Source: Lama guanicoe (lineage: Eukaryota). From it: DNA of 64,000 nucleotides. The stretch lies in NCBI GenBank assembly GCA_013239625.1, contig MU054197.1, forward strand, positions 50,596 through 114,595. The letters run 5' to 3'. The position numbers and the translations under genes are program-made. How positions within the stretch are numbered: position 1 is the first letter of the stretch; every line of letters starts with the position of its first letter. The notes under the pieces are model-generated. The model saw only the letters and a program-made list of their open reading frames with translations. It was not told the DNA's origin and made no database searches. Below are positions 25,605 to 39,600 of this stretch, one piece after another.

Positions 25605-28600
25605 GGGGGAGGCGAAGATGATGGATAAGAAGGATGCTCATAGCTCAACCTTTCCCACAAATGCACCAAGACTCACATCCCCAGACCTACTCAGCTAACC
25701 AGAGAACCCACAAAACTCTGATAGAACAATGTCCTCTTCAAAAGATTAAAATGCATAAAATCTGGTAGAAGAAAATGAAGAATGAAAGAAGAAAAGGCAA
25801 AACAGATTAGGACAGTTCCCACAGGGAGGGGGCAGCAAAGAAGGACTGGCACTCATTCACTGGGTCTCCCCTCTCCAACTGAGAGGTCGGCAGGATGGAG
25901 GGGGAGCCTCCAAGGATTGGACCTCTACAGAGTATAAGTTGACTGACAGTACTAAGTTAAACAGGCACAGAGGTTCCCTGTGACACCGAATGCAAGATGC
26001 AACCTGGCAGCTGGGAGCAGGGCCATGCTGCCTGACCTGGGTGAAAGATGAGAATGGATACACTGAGGCAACCTGGGAGAATGGAGGGAGCTGTGTGCCA
26101 TTGCTGTTGTTACACAGGGGAGAATAACCTAGGCCCTCCATTTAACAACAGGGCAGACGTGCACTGGGAGGGGAAAGGTGCATTCCCCATCTCTGAAAAG
26201 CCACAAAACTATCTATGACAAGAAACCTGGGGCTCAGACACAGCCACCATAGCCTCTGGTGCTTTGCAGCAGTGAGAGCAAAACCTGCATTCACTCCTAA
26301 GGACTTAGCAGCCTCAAGCACCAGATGGGGACTTGTCTACAGCCTGAGGCAGATAAGATCTTTCTGTCCTATTTCCTCAGAGTACTTGCTCTGTCAAGGC
26401 AAACAAGGAGCTGGGTTTTGGCCCAGACAAGTGACAGGGTACATAACAGTGGAGAGACTGGCACCCTGAGGGGGCTGTTGGCCACTGAACACTTGGGCTG
26501 GAAGGCAGCCCCGGACCATGTGGCTGGGAGAGGGATTGATGCACACTCCTGCCTGGTCAGTCTTAAACTTCTGAATGAGGCATCAGTCAGGGCAGTGACA
26601 AGACAGCCCACAATAAAGAGAGCTGCTCCAGAACCACTGTTGGGAGTAGGAGTGATCTGCTTGCCGACAGGCCCTGGGAGCTGCACAGATGAGGGCTCCA
26701 ATGGATGGTGACTGGAATAAGCAAGCTGAGCTTCCAAACCAGGATGAATACAGAAAGAGTTCACATTAAAGTTACACAGTCTCCAGGAGGACAGTGAACA
26801 CCCCCTTGTTTTAATCTGATTTTACCTGTTCCATTTTATATTACCATCTTAATGTTTACTTCTTAGGCAATTATATATACCCCCTTTCAAATCCCATTGA
26901 AATTTTAAAAATATTTTTATTATTATTACTTTTCAAAACTCTGTTTCAACTTGCCCATCTTTTATGTATTATACATGTCTTCAAACATTTATTTCCCGTT
27001 CTTTAAGATTCTTTGTCTCCCTCTCTCTTTTTACCCTTTTTCAATTGTATTACTAAATAGGCATTAGGTAGATAACCTCCTTTAGGACCACAGTAGATAA
27101 CTGATACTCCATAAACCACAGTGCCAGAGAGGTAGGTGCAAGATGAAGAAGCAAACAAACCATCCCCAATTAAAAGAGCAAGAGAAATCCCCTGAAAGAA
27201 TGATCAGTGAAATAGACATCAATATCCTACTAGATCAAGATTTCAAAAAAGAAGTGATCAAATTACTGTAGGAAATAAAACATAGTGTTCAGACATATAA
27301 AATATGTTAAAAATGAAATGGAAGTTTTAAAGAATAGCTGAGTAGAATAGGTAAACGCATTGACTGAAATGAGGAATGATCTAAAGATGTCACAAAACTG
27401 ACTAAATAACGCAGAGGAATGAATTAGTGACTTAGAAGAAAGGACAATAGAAAGCAGACAATCAGAAGATCTACAAGTGAAACAATGAGAAACAAATGAA
27501 AAAAGCATAAGAGACCTATGGGATAATAGAAAACATGCCAATATTGGCATGATAAATTTCCCAGAAGGGAGGAAAGATCAAAGGGGATTGCAAAGGTGTT
27601 TGAAAAAATCATGACTGAGAACGTCCCAAACTTAAAGAAGGAATCAGATATCCAATTACAGGAAGCTCAGAGTGCCCCAAAAAGGAAGAACTCAAATAAA
27701 CCCACAACAAGACATATAATTAAGATGGCCAGAGTCAAGGAGAAAGAAATGATCCTAAAGGCAGAAAGAGAATAGCAAAAAGTGAGTTACAAGGGAATCC
27801 CTATAAGGCACACAGTTGATTTCACAACAAAAATACTACAGAACAGAATGGAGTGGCAAGATATATTCAAAGTCCTGAATGAAAAAAATTATATATATTA
27901 GGAAGCTTTAACCAGCTAGGCTATCATTTATGGTAAAAGGAGACAAAGAATTTCACAGAAAAGAAAAGCTACTAGAGTTTACCAACACTAGACCCATGAT
28001 AAAAGAAATTTTGAAAATTGTACTCTAGAAAGAAAAGCAGCAGGATGCTACAGAAATATAAAACTCACTGCTGGAAGTGTGATAACTCATGAATTACAAA
28101 TAAAATAAACACAAAATTTGAAAGTAAGAGATACAAATCATTGAGAGTGGGAAAGGGAAGAAGGAAAATAGAGAATTTTGGGGGGTCATTCTTTTTAAAA
28201 TATTTTGTTCTCAGTAGGATGGTTTTTAGATCATGATACTATCAGTTTAACAAGATCAGTTATACCAATGGTCTAACAGACATAAAAAAGGGTAAAAACA
28301 AGACAAAAACTTTTTCAGGGAGTCATTAAAACTGAATACATTTCATGACAATACAAAGGAAAATGGCCTAACCAAAAAAGGCAGATGAAACAAACAAAGA
28401 GCAAGTAACAAATCAACTGAAAAGTTAAGTTCAAAATGGTAATAAACACAAACATATCATCGATTATTGTAAGTGTTAATGGACTAAATGCTCCAGTCAG
28501 AGTCATTGAGTGGTAGGCTGGATAATAAAGCAAGAACCTTCAATATGCTGCATACAAGAGACCCACTTCAGAGAGGAGGACACATATAGATTGAGAGTGA

Positions 28601-31600
28601 AAGGATGGAAAAGCGTATTTCATACAAATGGAAAAGCCAAAAAGCAGGTGTTGCAGTACTGATTTCAGACAAAATAATCTTTAAAACAAAGGCCATAAAG
28701 AAAGATAAAGAAGGACATTTTATAATGATTGGAGATAAAGAAGGATATAATGATTGGAGTGATACAAGATGAGGATAGCACACTCGTAAATACATATGCA
28801 ACAAATAGAGGAGTACCTAAGTACATGAAATAATTACTAACAGATATAAAATGGGATAGTGTTGGGAATCTAATCATAGTTGGAGATTTCAACATGGCAT
28901 TAACATCACTGGATTTGTCATTGTTACAGAAAATAAATTAGGAAACATAGAAGTTAAATAGTACAAAGAAATATTACACTTGGTGGGTATTTTCAGAGCA
29001 TTGCACCCCCCACAATATAGTATATACACTATTTTCAAGTGCACAAGGGACATTTTCCAGGATTCATGATATACCTGGGCAGAAAAGAAAGCTCAGCAAT
29101 TTTAAGAAGATGAAAATTACCTCAAGCATCTTTACTGACCACAATGCCATGAAGCTAGAAATCAACAACAGAGAAACAAAGGAGAACAAAAGCAAAACGT
29201 GGGGATTAAACAATATGTTATTAAAAAACCAAAGGTTCAATGAAGAAATCAAAGCTGAAATGAAAAAGTATAAACAATATTAAGAAACCAAAGGTTCAAT
29301 GAAGAAATCAAAGCTGAAATGAAAAAGTACCTTGAGACAAAAGAAAATGAAAGCAAAACCACACAAAATTTATGGGATACAGCAAAAGCAGTGCTGAGAG
29401 GAGAGTTTAAAGCGACACAGACTTTCCTCAAAAAAGAAGAACAATCACAAATTAACAGTTTTACCCATCAGGAGAATGAACTAGAAAAAGAAGAACAAAA
29501 AACCACAAAAGGCTGCAGAAGGAAGGAAATCATAAATATTGGGGAGGAAATAAAATAATAGTGTTTAACATGACCCTAGGAAAAAAATCAACCAATCCAA
29601 AGGCTGCTTTTTCGAAAAAGCTAGTAAAATCGAGAAACCACTGGCCAAACTCAAAAATAAGAAAAGAGAGAGAGCACAAATATGGAAAATAAGAAAGGAG
29701 AATGGAGAATTTACAAACTAATATAATATAAAAACAGAATATCATACAAGAATATTATGAAAAGTTTATGGAAACAAACTGGATAACCTAGAGGAAATGG
29801 ACACATTTGTGGAAACATACTGTCCACCAAAACTTAAAACTGACCACTGAACAATCAGAGCATTAGAAATGAAATCAAAATAGCAATATAAAACCTCCCT
29901 CCAAATAACAGTCCAGGACCGACGGCTTCACTGAGGAATTCTACCAAACATACAAAGAAGAACTCATACCATTCTTTCTCAAATTCCTCCAAAAGTTTGA
30001 AAAGGAAGGAATCCTCCCAAAGTCATTCTATGAAGCCACAATCACCCTGATACCACAACCAGGGAAAGGCACTTCCAAGAAAGAGGATTATAGGCCATTA
30101 TCACTGATGAACACAGACGCAAAGTCCTCACTAAAATAGTAGCAAATAGAATCCAACAACACAGAAAAAAGTATATACATCATGACCAATTTGGGATCAT
30201 GCCAGGGACACAGGGGTGGTTCATCATATGCAAGTCAATCAGTGTAATACAGCACATCAACAAGAAAAAGGACCAAAACCACATGATCATCTCAATAGAT
30301 GCAGGAAATGTATTTGATAAAATTCAACACCCACCGATGATGAAAACTATCACCAAAGTGGGCATAGAAGGAACATATCTAGCATCATGAAAGCTATAGA
30401 AAACAAACATACAGCCAGCAAAGTAATCAATTGTGAGAAAGTTAATATTTTCCCACTAAAATCTGGGACAAGAGAAGGATACACAATCACTACTCCAACT
30501 CAATATAATCTTGGAAGTCCTAGCCACAGCAATCAAACAAGAGAGAAGTAAAAGGGATGCAAATTGCAAAAGAAGAGGTAAAAGTCACTACATACAGATA
30601 ATATGATACTATACATAGAAAACCCTTCAAGATCCAGACAAAAATTACTAGAGTTGATCAAAGAATTCAGCAATGCAGCACGTTACAAGATTAAGGTTCA
30701 AAAATCAGTGGCATTTCTTTACGCTAACAAAACAGATAATACTAAAGAGCTGCAGTCAACATGACAGCACTATATTTGGAGGAAAACAGACATATAGGCC
30801 AATGGAACAGAATAGACAGCCCAGAAATGAACCCGCAAACATTTAGTCAATTAAACTTAGACAAAGTAGTCAAGAAAATACAATGGAATGGAGACAGTTT
30901 ATTCAGCAAATGGTGTTGGTAAAACTGGACAGCAGCACGTAAATGAAACTAGAACACTCCCAATGAAGCTAGAACACCATAAACAAAAATAAACTCAGAA
31001 AGGATCAAAGGCTTAAACATAAGACGATATAAAATAAAGTCCTTAGAGGAAAATATAGGCAAAATATTATGTGACATACGTCTCTAAAATTTTCTCGTAG
31101 AAGAAATAAAAGCAAGAGTAAACAAATGAGACATAATGAAACTTGCAAGGTTCTGCAAAATAAGAAACCGGAATTGAAACAAAAAGACAACCTACGGAAT
31201 GGGAAATAAATTTGCATATGAATAAGACAAAGGCTTGATCCCCAGAGTATATTAGCATCTCATTCACCTGGATAAGAAAAAATAATCAATGCAATTCAAA
31301 AATGGGCAGAAAACCTAAACAAGGAATTCTCCAAGGAAGACATACACATGATCAAAAGGCACATAAGAAAATGCTCAATATCACTGATTATCAGAGAAAT
31401 GCAAATCAAAACTGCAATGATGTATCATCTCACACCAGTCACAATGGCCATTACTCAAAAATCCACAAATGACAAATGCTGGAGAGGCTGTGGCGAACAG
31501 GGAACCACCCTTCACTGCTGGTGGCAATAGAGTTTGGTGCAGCCACTGTGGAAAACAGGATGGGATTCCTCAGAAGCCTAGGAATAGACTTACAATATGA

Positions 31601-32218
31601 GCCAGAAATAACGCTCCTGGGAATAAATCCAGAAGGAACCCCACTTCAGGATGACATCTGCACCCCAATGTTCGTAGCCAGCACTATTTACAATAGCCAA
31701 GATATGGAAACAGCCTAAATGTCCATCAACAGTTGACTGGATAAAGAAGAGGTGGTATATTTATACAATGGAATACTAGTCAGCCATATAAATCGACAAC
31801 ATAACACCATTTTCAGCAACATGGATGCCCCTGAAGAAAATCAGTCTAAGTGAAGTAAGCCAGAAAGAGAAAGAAAAATACCATATGAGATGTCTCATCA
31901 GTGGAATCTAAAAACAAAACAAAACAAAACAAAAAAAGCACAAATACAAAAGAGAAAAAGACTCGCAGAAATAGAAAACAAAATTTTGGTTGCCAACTTG
32001 GTGAGGGGTGCGAAGAGATAGACTGGGAGGTAAAAATTATAGAATAGATAAACAGGATTGAACTATATAGCACAGGAAATTGTATAAAAGATCTTACAGC
32101 AGCTCACAGAGGAAAAAATGGGATAACAAATGTATACATGTTCATTGGAACTGTAAAATTGTGCTCTACACTGGAATTTGAGACAAATTTGTAGAATGAC
32201 TGTAAACCAATAAAAAAA
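25605..32218 (+). mobile_element. Near full-length but inactivated LINE-1 (5'UTR 25605-27142, ORF1 from ~27143, ORF2 ~28436-31910, 3'UTR, poly(A))
   Basis: G-rich 5' end gggggaggcgaagatg, ORF1 remnants, ORF2 motifs ([43 protein letters not shown]), aataaaaaaa tail abutting an N gap. It has many stops and frameshifts and a ~0.4-kb ORF2 deletion near 30730. Confidence 0.95.
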
Positions 32219-32282
32219 NNNNNNNNNNNNNNNNNNNNNNNNNNNNNNNNNNNNNNNNNNNNNNNNNNNNNNNNNNNNNNNN

Positions 32283-34780
32283 AAAAAAGAAAATGATCCT
32301 AAATATTACAGGTGTAAATATAAATTAAGAGAAAAAATATGCAAAAATGTAGTAAAACCAAAGATTTTGTTTTATGTTTTCTTTTAAGATAAGCAAAATC
32401 AAATAACCTATATCCAGGTGCATCATGAAGAAAAGAGAGATGCTCCAAAGAAATAAAGTATGAAATAAAAAAAGAGAAATAACAATTATTACCTCAGATA
32501 TACAAAAAAAGGATCATTTTGTCAACACTTACGTGCCAATAAACTGGACAACTTAGAAGAAATAGACAAATGTCTAGAAAAAGTAAGAGATAAGGAGAAA
32601 AAATAATTTGAACAAGCTGATTACTAGAAGACAGATAGAATCTGCATTTAAAAAAATTTTTAAACATTAGTGCAGATTTAAGCAGCTCCATTGGATAACT
32701 GTTCAAAAATACAAAGCAGGACTTATACTCTCCACACTATTCAAAAATAGTGAAGATGTGGGAAACCCCCAAATTAATACTATGAAGATTTCATCACCCT
32801 AATAGCAAAGCCAACATAGTATGGGCAAAGAGAACATCAAGCCAATATATTTGATTAATTTAGATTCAAATATTCTACAAATTATTATTAGCAAACTAAA
32901 TCCAGCAATACCTAAAATGTATCAAACAGCATAATCAAATTGGATTCATTGCAGGGTCACAAGAGAAGTTCAACTTACACAAATCAATCAGTTTGTCACA
33001 CCACATTATAAAAGAAAAAGAGAAAACGGGTGGTCATCCCAAAAAACCCATAAAAAGCATTTCACAATATTCAGCATTTATTCATTACAACAGCACAACA
33101 GCAGCAACAACAATAACAACAGCACAATAACAGAAACCTCTTACCAAATTAGGATTCAGGAAATATATCTCAACATAACTAAAGTCATTAATTACAGAAC
33201 CACAGACAACATAATATGCAAAAGTAAATAACTGAAAGTCAAATTAAGGAATAAGAAAAGGATGCCCACACACACCATTTCTATTAAACACACTATGGGA
33301 TGTCCCAGCAACAGCAATCGTACTTGAAAAAAATTTATTCAAGTTGAATTGAATGAAGTAATACTGTTTTTAATTTAGATGACATAATAATCTTTATAGA
33401 GAACCCTAAATATTCTCCACACCAGAACAACTAAAACTAATAAAGACATTTAGCAAAGTAGCATGATTCATGTTTAATATACAATAACTGTCACATTTAT
33501 TTACACTAACAATAGAAATATAACATAATTTTAAAACACACATTTGAAATCAGATCAAAAAATAAAAAACCTATGAAAAATCCAGGATAATAAAATCAAT
33601 AGGACACTGAAAAGAAATTTGAAGGTGATACAAAGAAATGGAAAGAAATCTCAAGGTCTTAGTTTAGAGGAATTAATATTGTTAAAATATACATACTACA
33701 AAAGGTGTCTACAGATATAAAGTGATTCGGATCGAACTACATGATATTTTCCACAGAAATAAAAACAGTCCTAAGATTTGTAAGGAACTGCAAAAGAACC
33801 AGAACTGCAAAAAAACAATGAGCAAAATGAACAAAGTTGGAGGCATAAATCATAATCCTCCCAGAAACCAGACTATATTACAAAAATACAGTAATCAAAA
33901 CAGCACAATACTGGAAAACAAACAGTGATATAAATGGAACAGAACACAGAGGCAGAAATATAACATCACACTTATGGTCAACTAAACTATGACAAAGTAA
34001 ACAAAAATATACAATGCCTAAAAGACAGTCTTCAGCAAGTGATGTTGAGAAAACTAGACAGCAACATGTAAATCAATGAAATAAGGACACTCCCTTGCAC
34101 TGTACAAAAATAAACTCAAAATGTATTAAATATGTGAATCAAATAAATGACACAAGATAACTCCTGGAAACTAACATCGGCAAAACAAGAGATAAATTGT
34201 CGTAAAGTTTTCTTATGTCACTCTCCAAATCTGAAAACATTAAAAACAAGATAATCAAATAGATCCTAATTAAACTTAAAAGCTTCAACACATCAAAATA
34301 AACACAATGAAAAAAACAGAATGAAAATATGAACTTCCAAATGGGAGAAAACATTAGGAAACAATGCAATCAACAAGAGGCTAATTTCTAAAGTACACAA
34401 GTCGTTCATATAACTCCAATTCAAATATCTACAAACAACTCAGCCAGAAAATGAGCAGAAGACAATTCTTTAAAGAAGATACACAGATGACAAACAAAAA
34501 CATAAAAATATGCTCACATTGCTAATCAATATACAAAGGCAAGACAAAAATTAAACAATGTTTTACATCACACTAGTGAGAAGGCTGTCATCCAAATGTT
34601 AAATATTAAATATTTAATACAAATATTAAAGACTTTGGAAGTTGTAGAGAAAAAGGGATTCTCCAACGCTGTTTTTGGGAGTGAAAATTGGTGCAACCAC
34701 TTTGGAAACAGTATGGAAGTGTCTTTAAAGAATAAATATAGACCTATCATATCACCTAGCAATTCCACTCCTGGAAATAT
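32283..34780 (+). mobile_element. Old, highly degenerate LINE-1 ORF2
   Basis: Sense ORF2 motifs from the linker (ctggacaacttagaagaaatagacaaa) through RT to the C-terminus (caaccactttggaaacagtatgga). Confidence 0.85.
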
Positions 34781-35371
34781 AAAACTTAAAACCTGAGAAC
34801 AAAGAATCTAGGGTAAAATAAAAGAAGTACACTTGACTTAATTTGATTTTTCATATGTCTCCTCTGCCAAGGGAAGCAGAAGCAAAACTAACAAATGATG
34901 ATTGTATCAGTCTAAACACATCTGCACTGCAGAAGAAATGATCAATAAAATTAAAATTCTACCAGCAAAATGGGAGAATATATTTGAAAGAGATATTTTC
35001 CATTCATGTTAATATCCAAAATATATGGCAAACTACACCACCACAACAAAAAAGACCAGACAATCCAATTTAAAAAAATGTCCATAGGAACTGAATAGAT
35101 AGACCTGAATCAATTTTCTGTAGAAAACATACAGTTGGCTAAGTGACACATGAAAATATGTTTACAGATTTAATTACTAGGAAAGTCATAAGCCAAAACT
35201 GAGACAAGACCTCACACTTGTCAGAAGGCTCTCTTCAAAAAGAAAAGTTATCGATGTTGGTGAGATTGTGGAGAAAAAGGAACACCGTGGACACTGTTGA
35301 TAGGAATGCAAAGTATTGATTCCATTGCATATATACATCAAATTTTCTTCATCCATTTTTCTGTCAAGGGA

Positions 35372-35824
35372 TGTTGTGTTTGTAGGCCCATGTCAGAAGG
35401 CTCTAGAGAATAAGCCCATGGGCTGAACTGGTAAACAAGCTGTGAGGAATGTCACATATCCAGGCTGGAGAAGAAATGGCCTACTAAATGTATCCAGTAT
35501 GGATGGCTGGATAGCCTATGCTGGGTAAGATCCTCAGAGGAAGACAACCTAAGACAGGCACAGCCTGCTGGATAAGAGATGGCCTACTTAATGAAATTCC
35601 GTGATGAACTTTAAAAGAATCCTTTATCATATAACATCCTGTGCTTACTGCAGGAGCATGGGGACATAAATAGTTTAATTTTATTAACATTGTTATAACT
35701 TAGATGATATGTGAGTTATTGTGCATGTCCTGTATAAATGCTTCTTCTAAGAATAAATAAACAGGGAACTTCTTCGCTTCTCTCCACACAGTGTTTGTGT
35801 ATATATGATATCTTGCCTCTGACA
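35372..35824 (+). mobile_element. Solo LTR (copy B)
   Basis: Paralog of 591-1043, with TG...CA ends and aataaataaa retained. Confidence 0.7.
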
Positions 35825-36694
35825 GGGTTAGTTTAATTTGTTGGGAGTATCTTAAAATGGTGTTGCATTATATACAATGCTCTTTTTGCACCTATTGAGT
35901 TGATTATGTGAGTTTTATTTCTCATTCTATTAGTGTGGCATGTCACCTTTATTGTTTTGAATATTTTGAAGTATCCTTTAACCCAGGGATAAATCCTTTT
36001 ACTCATGTATGTGTATGATACATTAAATGTGTTGTTGAATTCATTTTGCTTGTGTTTTGTTGAGAATTTTGGCACATATATTCATCAGGGATAATATTCT
36101 ATATTTTGCATATAGTTTCCTTTCTAGAATTGTTATGTAAATAAAGCTGGCATCATAAAACAAGTTTGGAAACTTTCACCCCCTTCAAATTCTTGGAAGA
36201 TTTGGGGAAGAATTGGTGAAAAATTGTCTTCAAATGTATGACAGAATACACTGGTAAAGTCTTCTTGTAAATATTTTTTGGTTTGTGAGGTTTGGATTAC
36301 TGATTTACTCATACACACTTTTGCACTATTTTACTTGCTAATTTCTCCTTGATTTAGTATTGGAAGACATATGTTTCTGGGAATTTGTCTTTTGTTCTTT
36401 GTCATTCAATTTGTTGGCTAGTGGTAATTTCTTATGATGCTCTGCAACTCTACAACATCAGTGGTAATATGCTTCCTTTTATTTCTAATTTTATTTCAGT
36501 CTTTATTTTCTTAGCGAACCTAAACATTTGTCCACTTTATGTTTAAAAGAAACAGACTTAGGTATTCTTTTTTATCTTTTCAGTTGTTTCTCTTGTTAAT
36601 TTCCTTACTCTCATTCATTTAATTTTCTTCTTTATTTTTTGTTTACACTTAGATTTTTGAGGTGAATGTTAAGTAGTGTGAATCTTTGTAGTTC

Positions 36695-39600
36695 TTTTAT
36701 TATTAAATGTTAACTATCTATTTATTTACTTATTTATTTATTTACTTATTTATTCACTTATTTATCATTGATATACTGCCATTTACAATGTGTCAATCTG
36801 TGGTGTATTGCACAGAGTTCCACTTCATGCATATATTTGTGTTCCTATTAAAGTTATCTTCACGATATTTAACATTCTGCCTTGTGTCATACAAATAACG
36901 TCTTGAAACAATCTAATTTTATATATAATGGATAACACTTATAAATCTTCAGCTCCCAAATATATCCTCTCCTATCCCCTTTCTGTAGAAACCATAAGAT
37001 TATTAAGTAGATCTGCAAGTGTCTTTCCGTTTTGTAGATCAAATCATAGTGTTCTCATCCAAATTTTTTTAAGGTTCTACATATATCATATCATGTGTTA
37101 TTTTTCTTTCTCTTTCTGGCATAATTCAATCAGAATGACACTTTTTAGGGACATCCATTTTTCTGCAAATGTCATTCCTGTATCATTTTTTATGACAGAA
37201 TATTATTCCATTGTGTAAATATTGCATGAATTCTGCATACAGCCATCTGTTGATGGACAATTAGGGTGCTTCCATTTCGTAGCTTTTGTATACATCACTG
37301 TTAAGAACATTGGGGTGCAGGTGACTTTTGAATTAGTCTTCTCTTTGATATATACCTAGAAGTGGGATTTCTGGATCTTATGTTAAGTCTATTTTTATTC
37401 TTTGGAGGAATCCCCATCTTGTTTTCCGCAATGACAGCACCAAACTACACTTGTACCAACAGTGTAGGAGAGTTAACTCTCTCCAGAGCTTCCCCAGAAT
37501 TTATTGTCTGTGGACTTTGAATGATGGCCATTGTGACTATCGTGAGGTGATACTTCATTATAGGTTTAAATTGCACTTCTCTGATAATGACATTGAGCAA
37601 TTTTTTTTCATATTTCTATGTGACATTTGTATGTCTCTAATGGAGAATTGCTTGTTTAGGGCTTCTGCCCATTTTCAGATAGGGTTTCTTGATTTTTATT
37701 ATTATTATTAGATTGTATGAAGCCTTTATATTTTGGAAATTAAGACTTTGTCAGTTTCATCACTTCTAAATATTTTCTTTAATCCTGTAGGTTGATTGTC
37801 ATTTTGTTTATGGTTCCCTTTGCTGTGCAAAAGCTTATAAGTTTAATTAGGTCCCATTTATTAATTTTGCTGTTACATCCATTACCTGGGTATGCTGTTG
37901 TAGGAGATCATTGCTGAGATTTATCTCAGAGTGTTTTGTGTTTGTTTTCTTCTAGGAGATTTACAGTGTCTTGTCTTACATTCAACTCTTCAGGCCATTT
38001 TGTGTTTATTATTGTGTATGGAGTGAAGGAGTGTTCTAACTCCATTGCTCTGATGCCTCTATCCAGTTTTCCCAACAACAGCTGGTGAAGAGATGGTCTT
38101 TTCTCTGTCATATTCTTGGTTACTCTGTAAAATATTAATTGTACATTGGACTGTAGATCTATTCCTAGGCTCTTTATTCTGCTCCATTGGTAAATATGCC
38201 TGTTTCTGTACCAATATCATGTCATTTTGATTATTGTAGCTCTGCAATAGTGTATGGAGACCAGGCGGGTTATTACTGCAGACTCTTTATTTGTCTTCAG
38301 TATTATTTTGGAAATTATGAATCTTTTTTGTTTCTATATAAATCTTAGGACCATTTGTTTCAGTCCTTAAAACAAATGTTTTGCATAATTTGATAGGAAA
38401 TCACGTTAATTCTGTGGAATGCCTTGTGCAGTATTGCCATTTTAACAATATTATTTCTTCCATTATGAGACCATTGGGTATCTTTTCAATTCTACAAATG
38501 TTTTTTGATTTCCTCAATCAATGTTTTCTTGTTCTCCACATATAAGTCATTCACCAACTTGGTCAGAGATATTCTTAATATTTTATAGGTTTTGGTGCAG
38601 TTATAAAAGGGGTTGTTTCTATAATTTGTTTTCCTGTTGATTCAACTTTAGTGTAAAGAAATGCAATTGGTTTTTATACATTACTCTGGGTACCTTGCCC
38701 AGTTCCTTTTTAACCCTAAGTAATTTTTTGTGAAGCTTTTACACTTTTCTGTATATAGTGTCATGTCTGCATATCGTAAAAATTTTACCTCTTCTTTACC
38801 AGTCTGAAATTTTATTTCTTTTTCTTGTCTGAATGTTGTGGCTAGGACTTCCAAGACTATATTGAATTGAAATTGTGAGAATGGGCATCCTGTCTTGTCT
38901 CAGGTTTTTTTGGGAAGGGTTTCAGATTTTCACCATTGAGTATTTTGCTAGCTATATTTTTATCATAAATAGCTTTCATTATGTTGAGATATGGTCCCTC
39001 TATGCCCACTGTGATAAGAAAATTTATTGCAAATATGTGTTAAATTTTATCAAATCCTTTTTCTACATCTAATGAGATGTAGATCATATCGTTTTTGTCT
39101 TCTCTTTCGTTGATAAGGTGTATCACAATTTGTTGATTGATTTGCTTATGTTAAACCATCTTTGTGTTTCTGGGATGACCCAAACTTGACCATGGTGCAT
39201 GATCTTTTTTTTACGTGATGTTGGATTCTGTTTGTTAATAATTTCTTAAGCACATTTACATCTACATTTAACAATGATATTGGCCTATAGTTTTCTTTTT
39301 GGGGTAGTGTCTTTGTCTGGTTTCATTATCAGGTTGATTTTGGCTGTATGGTGTGAGTTTGGGAGTACTGTCTCCATATAAATCTTTTGGAAGAGTTTGA
39401 GGAAGAATGGTATGGATTTTTCTTTGCATGTTTTGTCAAATTCCCCAGTGAAGCTATTTGGGTCTGAATTTTGTTTACAGAGATTTTTTATTTTATTTAT
39501 AATTCTATTCCATTTCCTGTGATCTGTCTTTTCAAATGGTTAATTTTTCCTAGATGCAATATTGGTGGGCTGAATATTTCCAAAAACTTCTCCATTACTT

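Larger units (their letters stand above)
1..27986 (+). repeat. Ampliconic unit A (part alignable within window) of a ~34.8-kb direct tandem duplication
   Basis: Position 1 aacaaagaatcctatggtaaaacataagaagtacac matches 34798 aacaaagaatctagggtaaaataaaagaagtacac. The same ordered series of LTR, L1s, HSFY, ERVL relic and L1 5'UTR recurs, ending at 27986, which matches 64000. Confidence 0.97.
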
